Origin: Paraphysomonas bandaiensis
Lineage: Eukaryota > Protista > Chrysophyceae
Reading direction: 5' to 3'
DNA: 64,000 nucleotides
Assembly: GCA_965644295.1 (NCBI GenBank)
Contig: CBFFRP010000009.1
Coordinates: 62,001-126,000 of the forward strand
Position 1 is the first letter of the stretch. Each line of letters begins with the position of its first letter. This document shows positions 51,238 through 63,714 of the stretch, piece by piece. The notes beneath the pieces were generated by a model. It was not told the DNA's origin and did no database searches. It was given only the letters and a program-made list of their open reading frames with translations. The position numbers and the translations under genes are program-made.

Positions 51238-52010
51238 TGCTATATCGTCCGGAGCTCAAAATTTTGCCCACAACGCCCGACTTTTCAAATCTAGACAAGG
51301 ACCGATACTTAGGAAACATCTATTTCTTGGTACTGCAGGATAGCTGTATACAATCTAGATATCAGGATTAGCTACAATTTAACCTAATAAAACACTCATA
51401 TTGTTTTATACCAATTGTATCTATACTACTGTGTGCTTATGGCTTATGGAATAATAGCAATTGTACTAGATTAACTCTAAACTATAAATCCCCAAATTTT
51501 AACAATAGCTATATAACAAAAGTGTCCCCACCACACGATGTTGAGGGTTGAGGTAATAGCAACTGCGTATTGAAATTCGTACATGAACGTGATGCTGAAT
51601 GCAAAAAGTTGTAGTCGCGATGGGCTTGTTGTTGTCATTTTTGATATATATCACACTTATATACAACTGCTTAATCTATGTCAGTGCAACGAACTCGAAA
51701 TGCTGTAAAATGTATAAAGTGACCCTAACTCTGCTCTATAACACCTTCTGCATCAGACGTGGCACTTGAACTCTCCTGTAATATAAAGATAGGTTGCTTT
51801 AAAGGTTGAAATAGAACTTGGAGTGTTTAATGATCTGATTTCGAAATTTTACTCTTCATTGTGGCGTTTTTTCTAAGTTTGTGCGTTTGTGCAATGTAAA
51901 ATGTATGAAATCACTTTCAAATGTCTGTCAATATCATAACTAAGATATTAGAGTGTGTCTACATTTGCCCAGAGCTAATATGGGCGTTCTGTTGAACCCA
52001 ATTCAGGTCA
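51238..52010 (-). mobile_element. Repeat family B, inverted copy
   Basis: Reverse complement of collinear blocks in 30980-31891. Confidence 0.8.
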
Positions 52011-52388
52011 AAAAATGCTTTTTAAGACAAAATGGGGATAAATATCTTGAATAGACGTATCATTAACTGAACTTCCTTAATTATATTCATCCGCTACAAC
52101 TACGTGTTGGTTTCGATAGCTCACTATTACCTCACTTCAATTGTACAATCTACATCGTACATCGTATCAAACAGTAGAACTCAACATGGACTGTTCACTT
52201 TATTTTAACCTTTATCTCATAACGAGAGGTACGCAAAACTAGAATTGAATTTCTACATTCTACTTGTTACGCTACCTCATCTAAACAAACGCATTGAGTT
52301 GTCTGGTAGACTGAGCTTTTCGGACGCCATATCGGCAACATACTCAGGGTAACTTGGAAGCATAATTGCAACTACGAGTAGAATACGC

Positions 52389-55300
52389 TTAGAGAGCATG
52401 ACTCGTTCCAACAATACAATCATCCTCAGAAGTAACAATTTGACTTTCAGAGTTACTCTGTCGAGTGGTCTGGTGATCATCATTTTGATCGCCTATAGAA
52501 TCGCAGTTCTCATCTGGTACTCCGAGCTCAATATCCCCAGTGTCGGCGCTATCAACGATATTATCATCGTCTTCTTCAATGGCTTCGAACTGATTTCCCG
52601 CGCTCGATTTCCGGCGGACAGAAGATCGTATGGACCCCGCCGAATGCTACAACAATCACGATCATACATTTCAAAATAGTAGTCGATACATACCTCACTG
52701 ACAACCCTGGGCTCAGAGGTAACAATGGTGTTTCTGCGATGGCCTTCGTCCATTCCACCTGTACATATACTCATTACGGGTTTTAGTACAAGGTTTACGA
52801 TTGTGGGTACCTGAAGAATAGGACACATACACACTTGATCCATCACGATAGAAAAACTCGAATAGGTCATTCGTAGCGTCAGGAGTGGCACCAATATTAG
52901 CGTCCTGGTTCAGTGGATTGTTACCAACGAATGCCATCGATGACTGATCTGTGTCAGTTGCTGAAGGCAATGATATACGTGGTGTACAATCCAGAGTCTT
53001 GATAGTTTTCTTACTGCGGGGGTGACATCGTTGAAGCATTCCTGTCCAGGAAGCATTTAAAAACATATGGTATAACACATATTTCAATACCGTGATTAGG
53101 AGGTACATTGGGAATATACCACAGTAAGCACTTCAAACGGCCATGAACGGCGCACATAATCAAGAAGAAATTGAAAAATGGACTGAGTAATACTGTCTCC
53201 AATTTGACCTGCAACTGCGGCTGGTTTCTCCAGCATATATAATTGATATAGAGATTTCGCAGAAGTGGCCAAATGAAGAGCATAAACTTAAGCAAGAAGA
53301 ATTCAATAATAAACCCTCTTGACAATATCACCACGCAGAACGGGATGTACATCACTTGAACAAATATGATTTTGTATTCACGAAAGCGATACATACGAAA
53401 CGCAATGTTTGACAAAATTCCTCCCTTGGTGTCGTAAGTAAAGAACGAGTACAGACTTTTTCCTGTACATTTTATTATCGAACACATATACATGTATAGA
53501 AGGCGCACTTCTATCGACAGCTTACCGGTAATGCGAAGAGCGGACACCGTCCATCTATGAGCCCTTTGCTTCCATAACGATGAGGCGCCATATCCCTGTA
53601 CTCTTCCTCCACCCGCGCAGTTAACCAGGATTCCAGGTGCAAATGTTGTAACCATACATCTGGTTTCAGCACGGATGGCATACCCCTACCACCAGAAACA
53701 GACGATAAGAAACAGAAAAGGAATAACTAAAATTTAACATACCATGTTCAGTGTGGTGAATCCACCAAATATGTCCTCTCCAAACGGAAGTGCTGGGTGA
53801 GCCCCAAACACTTCAATAAATCTATCCCGTCGCCACATGCCTGGTGAAAGGAGAATTAATATACAAGATGGAAATATATCAGTTGTCAACACTGCTGTAC
53901 CTGCGGGCCCAGGTACAAACGCACGAGTAGCTATCTTAGCCTGTGTTGCATGAAAGTGGTCTGTGATCTTGTACCAGAAATCAGTGAAATTAGTAAGTCG
54001 GTTCTCGCGGTGAGAGCTTCTTAGGAATGCTACTGCTGAAACATGCTCACCGCCGTCTCTTTTGAAGTGAGTCTCGTCGAATACCATGTGGTCAGACAGC
54101 AACGTGTCATCATCCAGATGTATAATATACTGGCAGCGCTTGGGAAGTCGGTGGCATCCAGTCCAAAGAGCGCGAGTTTTATGACCCTGAGATATGAAGC
54201 AGTATTGAATCTTGGGATCAATGGCCTTGACGACTTCGAATGTATTGTCTGCTGGCCAGTTGAAGTTACCGTTGTCGCATATACATATATTTTCTGCAGG
54301 AATATACTTCAACACCTATATATGTATATAAATGATATGATGTTGGGCAATGATAAAATATACAAAAGTTATTTTACCTGCTTCACAACACCACCAATCT
54401 CTAGTGCACTCTTATGGCATGGAATGACGACCCCAATACGACGTAGGTATTCCGGGTCATTCTTAAAATTCTTACCCTCATCAATTTGTTGCGGGAGAAA
54501 GAGTAGCGGGATAAAGAATATACCTGTCAATACACAAGAATTACTACCTAACCAAACACTAGAGAGGTGCAGAGTATCTTCAAGAGATTGGCCCTAGGTG
54601 TCACACAGACAATACGTACCAGTGTAGGTGAAGGTAACAGTCATGTACGTGGCAATGTCCTTGACAGTCCACTCGTGCACTTTCGTCCATGGTAAAAGGC
54701 CGTCCTCGTCCGTGACAGGGTTTCCGTAAAGAACCATCGAGAACAAAATCATTCCCATGACAGAGCCGTATCCAAATATATACCAAAATATCTTACGTTG
54801 CATAGTTGCCTGCCAAGGTTCCTCCCAAACAAACCTACGCACACGAATCACAATATACTCTACCAATTATTTCGGCAATATCTGACAAAAATATAGAGCG
54901 CTAGTTTACGGAATTAACCACAACTGCACTTACTGAGAGTCGTGCACGAAGTCCTCTTCTTCAGCCCACACGAAGGTGTCTCTCAGGGCATTCATGGCCA
55001 CCAAAGAGCCTTGCATGGAGCTCTGGCGACTGGCCATAGTAAAGGTTCTAGTCCGAGCACCAGTGGCGGTGTAGGCTCTGGAGCGTTGTGGGGTGTAGCT
55101 CTGGCTTCGCTGCCGTTCCAAAACATCTTTCGGATTACTAGCATTGGCATCATCCAGCCCCTGATATATCGGATACTATCAAAAGAGAATATGACAACCA
55201 CTAGATACATACCGTAGTTTCTGCGTCTGCAAATACACTTTCAAATTCGTGTTCGTACTTTTTATCAATTGCTCGATTTGCCCAGTAGAACATACACACA

Positions 55301-56558
55301 CAGATCATAATGCAGAGTACTGGTACGGCAGACATAAGCACAAGCTCTCCATCAACATCGTTAAGATCGAAATGTTTCTTGTCCTACACACATGTAAGCT
55401 TTTATGATAATTTCCCGCAAAACAAAGCAGATGAATAACTCCCAAGTAGACACAATACATAATTGTGAACGTCACGAAACTGAACAGGAGCAAGAATCAC
55501 CTTCGATTCGTTATCGTCACCAACGATATCGTCGTTAGTGACTGCGTCGTCGTCACCCTGGCATGGGGCCCCACAAAGCGCACCATTTCCTGTGTAAACC
55601 TCATTGTAGCTTGACGATATATCGCCAACTCGAATAGATGCAAAATCGAAAGCTGATATAGATCAAAGTTATGACATATCGTAGAGAAGCACTCCCACAA
55701 ACCGTTCCACGTCGTGCCGGTCTCAAAACCAAATTTCCACTGCAAAGAATAAGTTCCAATTTTAACATACGGAGCGTTGGTTCGATTGTAAGACGTCGCA
55801 ACATTGGTCGCAGCGACAATTTGCTCGTTGTTCCTCCACACATTAACATATCCTATAAATTTTATATTGGTACAAAGGTGAAAATATTGGAAACCATCCA
55901 CCTGTCGTATCATATGCCACCATGTCAATCTCAACCACCCAGTCTATCCATTCCCCAACTACAGTTTTCCCGAGGGATTTGTAGATACACGTAGCATCGG
56001 TGTCTTCAGGTTTACTATACCCGCATATATTCAACTCAAACGTTTCCCCTGTAATCAATAAGACTTCAGACCTACGAGTAGCCCACGACTGCATCATACC
56101 TAAATTTCGCAAACCAAAATTTGGAGATAGTCCCAAGTTATCTCCGCTATGAAGCTGCATGAAGTATACCACATCCTTCCTATCAAAATGTGAGTGTGCA
56201 TGACCACATACAGTGTACTTATAAATTACTCTGTGTCATTTTGTCCTCTCCATTCCCAAGAGGAGGGGATGCGCACTGAAAGTCCGAACCAATATGTCCC
56301 AATATCGTCTGCTAGCACCTCATCTCTAATGGATTGTAACGTTGCAACTTCCGCACGAAAACAATATTCAGATGGCTCCGTTGTTGCACAGTAAGTCAGA
56401 TTAGTTTCCAATATTTCAGAGGATAATAATTGTGCATGCGCAGAATCTCCACTCAAATCCAACTGCCAACTCGCTAAATCTTGAAACGTTTCATTTAAAG
56501 TCAATGTTGCAGATATGGTGGCCGGAATTAATAATAGCAAGACAAGCCGTGCACTCAT
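52389..56558 (-). CDS. Fused polysaccharide-lyase-like domain plus processive family-2 glycosyltransferase (membrane polysaccharide synthase), many short introns
   Basis: Signal peptide MSARLVLLLLIPATISA; lyase motifs RAEVA, YWFGLSVRIP, QLH, GEWIDWV and YVKIGTY. In-frame GT-AG introns at 55653-55702, 55384-55500 and 55161-55212 link these through a TM to GT2: GVVIPCH, DNG, LDDDT, PGPAGMWR, GEDIF, KQRAHRW. The tail exons and the stop at 52389 are inferred. Confidence 0.85.
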
Positions 56559-59480
56559 ATTTGTTGCTTCAATCAATAGTAGAGAGTAAGATGTAGCTGA
56601 TTCAATCTATAAATAGTGTATTATCTATTGCACTATATTTGGGGTCTACGATCACAGCTGTACACGATCTTCTATATTTTAAAATGCACAGTTGTGTGTG
56701 TACCACACTCGACGTTGAGGTGCATACCCCCCACACACTGTACATATATACACACATATCCTTGCTGCTGGTGTGCTTATTCGGGAGGGAGCTATTGGTA
56801 GCAACTGATACCGTACTCCGGATAAAAAACTAAAATTTTCAGTGAGTGTTGCACAGTGTGAGAAATCTCATACTGTACCTCCAAAACACAAAATCTGGGG
56901 TTTTGATGTGCAAGTTCCCAATGTGTTCTAGAAATGATATGTACACAGTATATCTACATATCTACGATATATATAGCGCTGATATACTATTCCTATCAGC
57001 AGATCAAGCAACTGGAACTGTGCTGTGCAGTGAGAACTACAGCACACAGTTCATTGCGCTTATATCCAGTCACCAGAGAGTCTCCTTGCAAGGAGTGGAT
57101 ACGGTTACTATTGTTACTGATATCACAGTGTTGTCGCATATATACATGTAAAAATATCAACAGTGTTTCGCTACTATGATTTAGAAGTAACAACATAAAC
57201 TGAAATCTTTGGATGAAACGCGTGAGTGGTAGAAGTTGTCATCAGACAGCAAAGGCGGATACAGCGGCGACTATTGGAACCCGAGTTGTATAGTGACTCT
57301 CATAACAGTTTTAGCCGGAGTATATTACTTTCGGTCTACATAGCGGACAAATAAAAGCCGTTGTTCAGTACTAGGGAACCTATACTTGTGATGCGCGTAT
57401 ATATTGCAGTACAGTCCTACGCTCGGATTTTTGCAGATAATACATCAATAATTACCCTGGTGAAGGATTTTAGTGAAAATCACAAGAAGGCGACGCTTTA
57501 CATCATATTAAAAAGCTTCCGTCAAAGAAGTATGTTGCTGGCACGTTATGTCGTCCCAACTGCGTATTATATTGGACGTATAGGCCTATGACACAAAGCA
57601 GAAGTTTTATTTGCAGATCATTTGGACAATAGTCTATGTCACGGTTTCTAATTTCTTGCATTCGTATCGATAGGTATGTAGACTTGGACTAGTCATAGGA
57701 GGGTGATTGTAATCCCCGTTGAAGTTAAAACAAGTTAAAAAGATTGTCCCCTATTATCAACTTGTGGGTGGTTCTTGCATTATAAAAATATGACAGAAAT
57801 GGGTGTGCAACCTAAGCTCTGGTCGCTATAAGTTGTACCACATAGATGTAGCAGAATAGATTATATCAATATTATTGACCCGTTTGGAGCTCTTGCGACA
57901 CCAATATTTAAAAGCAAAACATGCAACAAGTCATGTAGTGACGTGCAAAAGTGTGCCATTTCTTTGTGCTAAGAATTCAATTTGAAAGATCTCATGTAAC
58001 TATGAGACATTTTGGGATGATATCTAGTAGCACCTTTGTCAAAAATACAAGATTTCCTCGTTGATAAGTGTTCTGTTTGGTGGGAGGAATTTAAAAGTGA
58101 GAAACCAGTCTCAAATGGCATTTCTGAATTCAGAATGGAGTGAACACTGAGCATGTTGAACTCATGTTTTTTCTTAAGGCTTCCTAGAATTGTACACCAC
58201 AGCCCGTAAGTGACGAACTGCTTCACTGATAATATATTTAGATACGTTTGCATGTATGTGTGTTAGCAATACTTAAAATTGAGTCACACTTCCAATAGTG
58301 TGTCAGAAGTTAGGTTAGGACTCTTGTCGGAAATTTAAATGCCCGTCTAGCTCACATTTACACTAAAAGTTAGTCATTGAATACCTCCAATGAGTGCATG
58401 AAATAAGTATCACGACGATCATTGTGGAGGTGCTCAGTTTTTTCTTTCTTAACGACATTTGATACTTTATTGTTTTTGCTTGGTGAGGTTAAAGTGTATA
58501 CTGATCCTTATACTGTCTACTGCCTATATTTATACTATTCGCAGCAGGAGGGTCATTGCTTAGGCAAAAAAAAAACAAGCTACAATATCGACTATCGACG
58601 CCATCTATATATGCATAATCTTTGAATGGAAAGGGAGTTTTGAGTTAGCTTAAAGCATAGGAAATAAAAGCTGTAATTTATGAAAATATATATCCGTTTA
58701 AGACGAATACAATGTTGCTAATAAAGATTTTAGTTGAAGTGTTATGAAATATATTACTAGATAAACCGAAGTATATAGTGACTGCTTTTATTAGATTGTT
58801 GTAAGTATATATTTTGAAATACTAAAAATTTTGATATATTTTGAAATAAGAAGATAGTTTGTATTCAACTAAATACTAAACACCAATCATCAGACCTTAA
58901 ATAGACTCAATCTCATACACTCTACACTCAAGGTATTATAGTTTCTCTAACATATAATTCATAGTATGACATTAATTTATGTGCTACAGTTTTAATCTAC
59001 TGTATTCTACAATTAGCGGTCATAATTCGAATTTTTTAATAGCACAAGTAAGTAAAACTCAACATTCTCTACCTTTTTTAATAGAGTTTCAATACATGGC
59101 ACATAAATATCAATTATAAAGTTACTAATGTATAGTTTATGCTCACGTAATGGGTGCATTGGTGCTATTCAATTTCAGTACTTTCAACAAGTGATTGGAA
59201 TTGTTACCGTACTATGAAGGGAAAATAAACTTCCTGCAAGCATTTCGAACAATAGACAAGCATTCCTAAGAGCAAAAAAACAAATATATTAATACGAATG
59301 TAGTCACTAAGACAGTGGTATTATTCCAACAGAAATATGTGTCACGAAATCCAAGAAACATCCACTACGGGACCAAACAAATATTCAAATCACGAAGTAT
59401 TTCCCATGCCTTTTTTCCATGTGTTTTACAAAATCAGTCACATTCACATTCACATGCCTCTTGAAGGTACTGCATGTTTA

Positions 59481-61847
59481 TTATTTTTCCACACCAACAT
59501 CATAATTGCTCGAAATGTTATGGCTGGATAAGGCAACCCCGTAATGTTTTCGTCGATGTGATGTCGACCTTGCGGCAAGACGGGGGACGCTATTGAATTC
59601 AATCTGTCGATTTGGTAATTCCTGTATGACAGCTGGGGTAGAAACTTGGAAGTCATGAGGCACTCCATTCAACAAACTACTCCGGGCAGAGATTTGATCG
59701 CATGCTTTTTCCTGACGAACACGCCTTCTATCTTCCAGGAATTTCTCCAGTTCATTCCTCACAACAGACTCTCTATTGCTTTCCCGAGTGAAAGCCTGCC
59801 CATACTCTGAAGTGGAAGAGATGTCAACCGCAGACACAGCAGCTATTCTGTCAATTGCACCACCGCTCTCACTAGACAACATAGCAGCTGGGCACGAGTC
59901 GAAGTGCTCGCCGACACTTAATTCGTCCATAGCACTACTTCTATGGCGCGTGTTAGAGTGCTGCTCCTCCTCCGGTTCTATGAGGTCGGTATATGTTAAC
60001 ATACCTTCTGTCCTTGTATTCGAAACAGATGCATCGTTGGCGCCGACAAAAAAGCGGCTGATGAGAGGATTGAAACCGCTGTCTGCGTTGTCTTGTACAC
60101 TGGTGTGCCTCTTGTCATGATGGTTCATGACCCTAATGCTGGAGAGGCCTCCATTGTTATCACCGCTACTACTCTGATGACCACCATTCATATATCTATG
60201 TTCTACCGGTGTGTCCTGGTTGTACAAGTACGATGTTACAGAATCTCGGAGCTGCTTCAGGCTACGTGACTGCTCGTACGCGGCTTGGTAAGCGAATGAA
60301 TTTGGGGAGTCAGTATTACGAGTAGAGTTCCTCTCACTATCTTTCTCGTGTACGTATGGACTGTGAAGAGGGTCCGATGCAATGGTAGAGAAGTGACTAC
60401 CATCATCATTTACGCTACCAGAAGAACTTTGTCGATCAAAAAGTGGCCCGCTATTAGCGGGGAGCGATACGAACTGCTTTCGTTGTCTGCTTGCACCTAT
60501 GCTACGGGATACCTCCCAATCTAGTCCACGAATATCTCCTTGGATATGCCGCGTAGAAGAACTGATGCTTTTAGCAGATATCGAGTCATTGTTCTCTTCG
60601 ATACTCTGCGTGTTTTTTTGGAAAACTCTATCTCGAGAGGGACTTGGGGTTCGGCTCAGTGAAGTGTCCACCCATAAGCCACCTGGACTAGCTGCCCTCT
60701 GCATTCGGGCAGCACGGTCGACTCTCGCTACTTCCCTCTTATATACCAGTGGCTTCACTCGTAAAAGACTGTGCTGATTCAGCAGGGGGCGGGTAAGAGC
60801 CTTCGGTGATGGACTTGAGACTGTTCCGCTGCACACATACCCTCCACGTACTATACCGCCAGCCACAGTAAACCTCTACAATACATATTATTATTCTCTG
60901 GAAAAGCTATTCAATATAGGTACACCTGTAGAGGTAAGCTTTTCTCCCCCTTGCTATCATTAGCAGTTGAGGTGATGAAAATTTCAAACTCGGCTGGTAG
61001 TTCAAACTGCTTCTCCAGTGCATGCATCATATGCTCAAGTGTGCATTTAGACCGCAGCACCACCATGCCCCTGTGTGTGGGCCGCTTATCGTCACAGTAC
61101 TCGGCAGGGAGAACTAGCAGAGAAAAAGTATGGTCAGATAATGAAGAAGTTGTTGGGGTGTTGACAGTCGGGGAACGAACACGCGGGGGGCTTTCAGGCC
61201 GGACCCGGAGCGGGGCCTGTCGGCTCGTACTTTCGCCTAGGCTAGACTGGTGCCCTAATGAAATGCCTGGTGCATAACACATGATACGTGAAAACCAAAT
61301 AAGTAAAACAACTCACTCTCGTATAGTGACCCTTGATGGGAATGAAATAGCGGTTGCACATCGTCAATGGGATGTCGGTAATGTCGCCGCGAGTATATCG
61401 AGTCAGAGCTTCTGCTGCGACGACTGCGAGTAGTGCTTGTCGAGTTATTTCTACTCCTACTTCTACTTCTACTGGTGCAGGTGGAGCCAAATAACCTCGA
61501 TCCTTTATATCCAGATGTGCTGTTGCTATTACTTCGACTTCTTCCGCCCGCAGAGCCAGATCGTGTTCTGGACCGTCCACGGGATAGCAGACTCCCGTAA
61601 GAGCTAATGCTTGCATCACATCTGCCCTCATTCTCAGACACAACCGATTTTGGGGGAGAAAATCTCCTTTCTGATATATGTAGTTTGCTCTTATCGGCTA
61701 CAATAACGGGGGTTAGTTCGCCTATGCGCATCAACGGATCTTACCAGTGTACAGCCCATACATATGAGATCCAATGGCTCGAGAATTAATTACATCTCGT
61801 TTAGCGGCTTCCAAACTGCTTTCCCTTTTATCTCGTATTGTATTCAT
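59481..61847 (-). CDS. Hypothetical Ser/Arg-rich, largely disordered protein with a small folded domain (multi-exon)
   Basis: Consecutive minus-strand ORFs (61255-61734, 60911-61282, 59481-60866) can be joined by GT-AG introns. SRSRSRSR tracts are present; the start is inferred. Confidence 0.65.
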
Positions 61848-62903
61848 TCGAGCAAGAAATCGATGCGAGTATGGATATATATATTCAAAGGGTGTAGATG
61901 CACTCATAATTAAATATATATATGTATATATATCGACCAGTGCTCTCTACTGATCTACACGTACACACACAACTCACACATCAGAGGTATGCCTATCACT
62001 CAGGTGGGGGCATATATAATTACCTTCTGCTGGAGTTGTGCGCAGCGGAGACTCTTTACGTCGATGTGTTAAAGTAGCACAAATTTGATATGATTACAAC
62101 GCACATACAGCACATACACTGCATGCGAACATACACATAATACGGTGGTATACTCTGTATTGTATTCTGGTGTGGTGTTGCCTCCATATCCATGTAGGTA
62201 TATACCATATACGTATACTATATCTGCAACCAGCGTCGCATGGAGAATGAGGAGAGCATGCATAACCACGGAACCAGCGACGAAATGCAGCTCACTGAGT
62301 GGAAGAGAGAAATGGAATGTTATCCTCCATTGCCATTTTCAGCAATGCTCGCATTCATATCTAGTATACAGTTAACATCAGTTATATTCTGAGGATACTG
62401 AGAAGTGGTGCTCTAGATGAAGCAGGAGTTCATTGTGGATGTGACAGCAGCTTGTTTTGGGTTGATATGGGATTAGAGCTATGAAACCTCGAAGACTACA
62501 TTGAATATTAGCATGGCAACATGGATGATGACGTGGACCGATTAATATTTTAAGAACTCATTCTTCATGATGAGGAACATATCGAGGAAAAGGAACATAT
62601 CGAGGTTACGTATATCTCTGATAGGAAAAAATCGTGTGAGTACCTTTGAATGTTACTCATGTGATGGGACGTTTCTATTTGTCAATGATCCAAGGATGAG
62701 ACATTGGTCCCTTTTATCATTATTAGATGATAGTGCGTAGCTTTGACCACGGTGGTGTAGTATATAAGGATAAATAATATATTTAATATATTAGATCTGT
62801 GCGTGGATATCAAATCCACAGATGCTCTACAACTTCACTCTCGATACGATAATGCTTTCATACCTTGTACATATTTTACTCTTTGCTGGGCCTTAGTCAC
62901 CTG

Positions 62904-63012
62904 CAGAGCTGCGTAACAACTAATTGACGCAGGTTGCAGTGAATTATAAGTGTAATTACTATTCGATGTCTCATTTTCAATAACTGCAAATCAATTAATT
63001 GTTACGCGTCTG
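62904..63012. mobile_element. ~110-bp MITE with terminal inverted repeats
   Basis: cagagctgcgtaacaactaattg ... caattaattgttacgcgtctg; related to the TIR-like ends at 9853, 10117-10130, ~23533 and ~25745-25762. Confidence 0.7.
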
Positions 63013-63115
63013 AGCTGCATATTGAAGCATGGCATACATTCGTCAGCATATATTTAATATTTACAAATTAACAAGTTCTATTAAGTTATAAGCAGGATAA
63101 TACAGGCAAACTGAT

Positions 63116-63572
63116 GTAGTGAATGTCTGATTATTAGCAGTAGGCGTGTGAGTCAGAACTAATGTAGCAAAACGATTTAACTAACTAGTGTGATTAACTC
63201 TGATACCCTACTATTTTTCGCTACGAAAGGCTGCATGTGCGTCACCGCAAGCACCAAGGTGCTACCACTTTCGCTCTATGTCAATAATGTGAACTAGCCC
63301 AGATGCTTGACCTCGGTAGGCAGTTCAATACCCCGGATGCCCTAGAGATGGGTCCATTCCCGGATACCTGTTTAAATTTGTCAAGGCCCAAAGACGTCTA
63401 CACAAGTGATTCTTATTAGTGTTTAGTGTCCCTTGTACCATGCATTTGGCTGTGAGTGGGCAGAAAATTATCTGCTGACTATATATGCGGCTCACGTTAG
63501 TTTCCCGGAGAAATATCTCTGGTGTGTATACCCCAGATCACCACGAAAAGGTGCGAGTCCGACTTTGTTGAA
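63116..63572 (+). mobile_element. Interspersed repeat family A, compact copy
   Basis: tgtagtgaatgtctgattattagcag ... ccacgaaaaggtgcgagtccgactttgttg. Confidence 0.9.
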
Positions 63573-63714
63573 GGGGCAAATTTATGTGTACATCGTATGT
63601 TTATAAATGCTTACGTAATATCTTAAATCAGAAAATAAAGTAAGGTTGGTGTTAAGTTAAATTCGTGCTTAGATGTCCTTATTACTACACTCAAAAACTA
63701 AAGTTATAAACTAT

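Noticed and set aside
8379-56558. Sugar transporter and lyase-GT2 gene as one biosynthetic cluster
   Set aside because: They are ~43 kb apart and separated by unrelated housekeeping genes; there is no evidence of linkage.
55497-56576. Stand-alone secreted lyase gene separate from the GT2 gene
   Set aside because: Splicing at canonical sites continues in frame through a TM into the GT2 exons, and there is no intergenic or promoter space.
63548-63565. tRNA B-box-like ggtgcgagtcc at the end of family A (SINE or tRNA)
   Set aside because: It has a mismatch at the conserved TTC, with no T-stem pairing, A box or cloverleaf.
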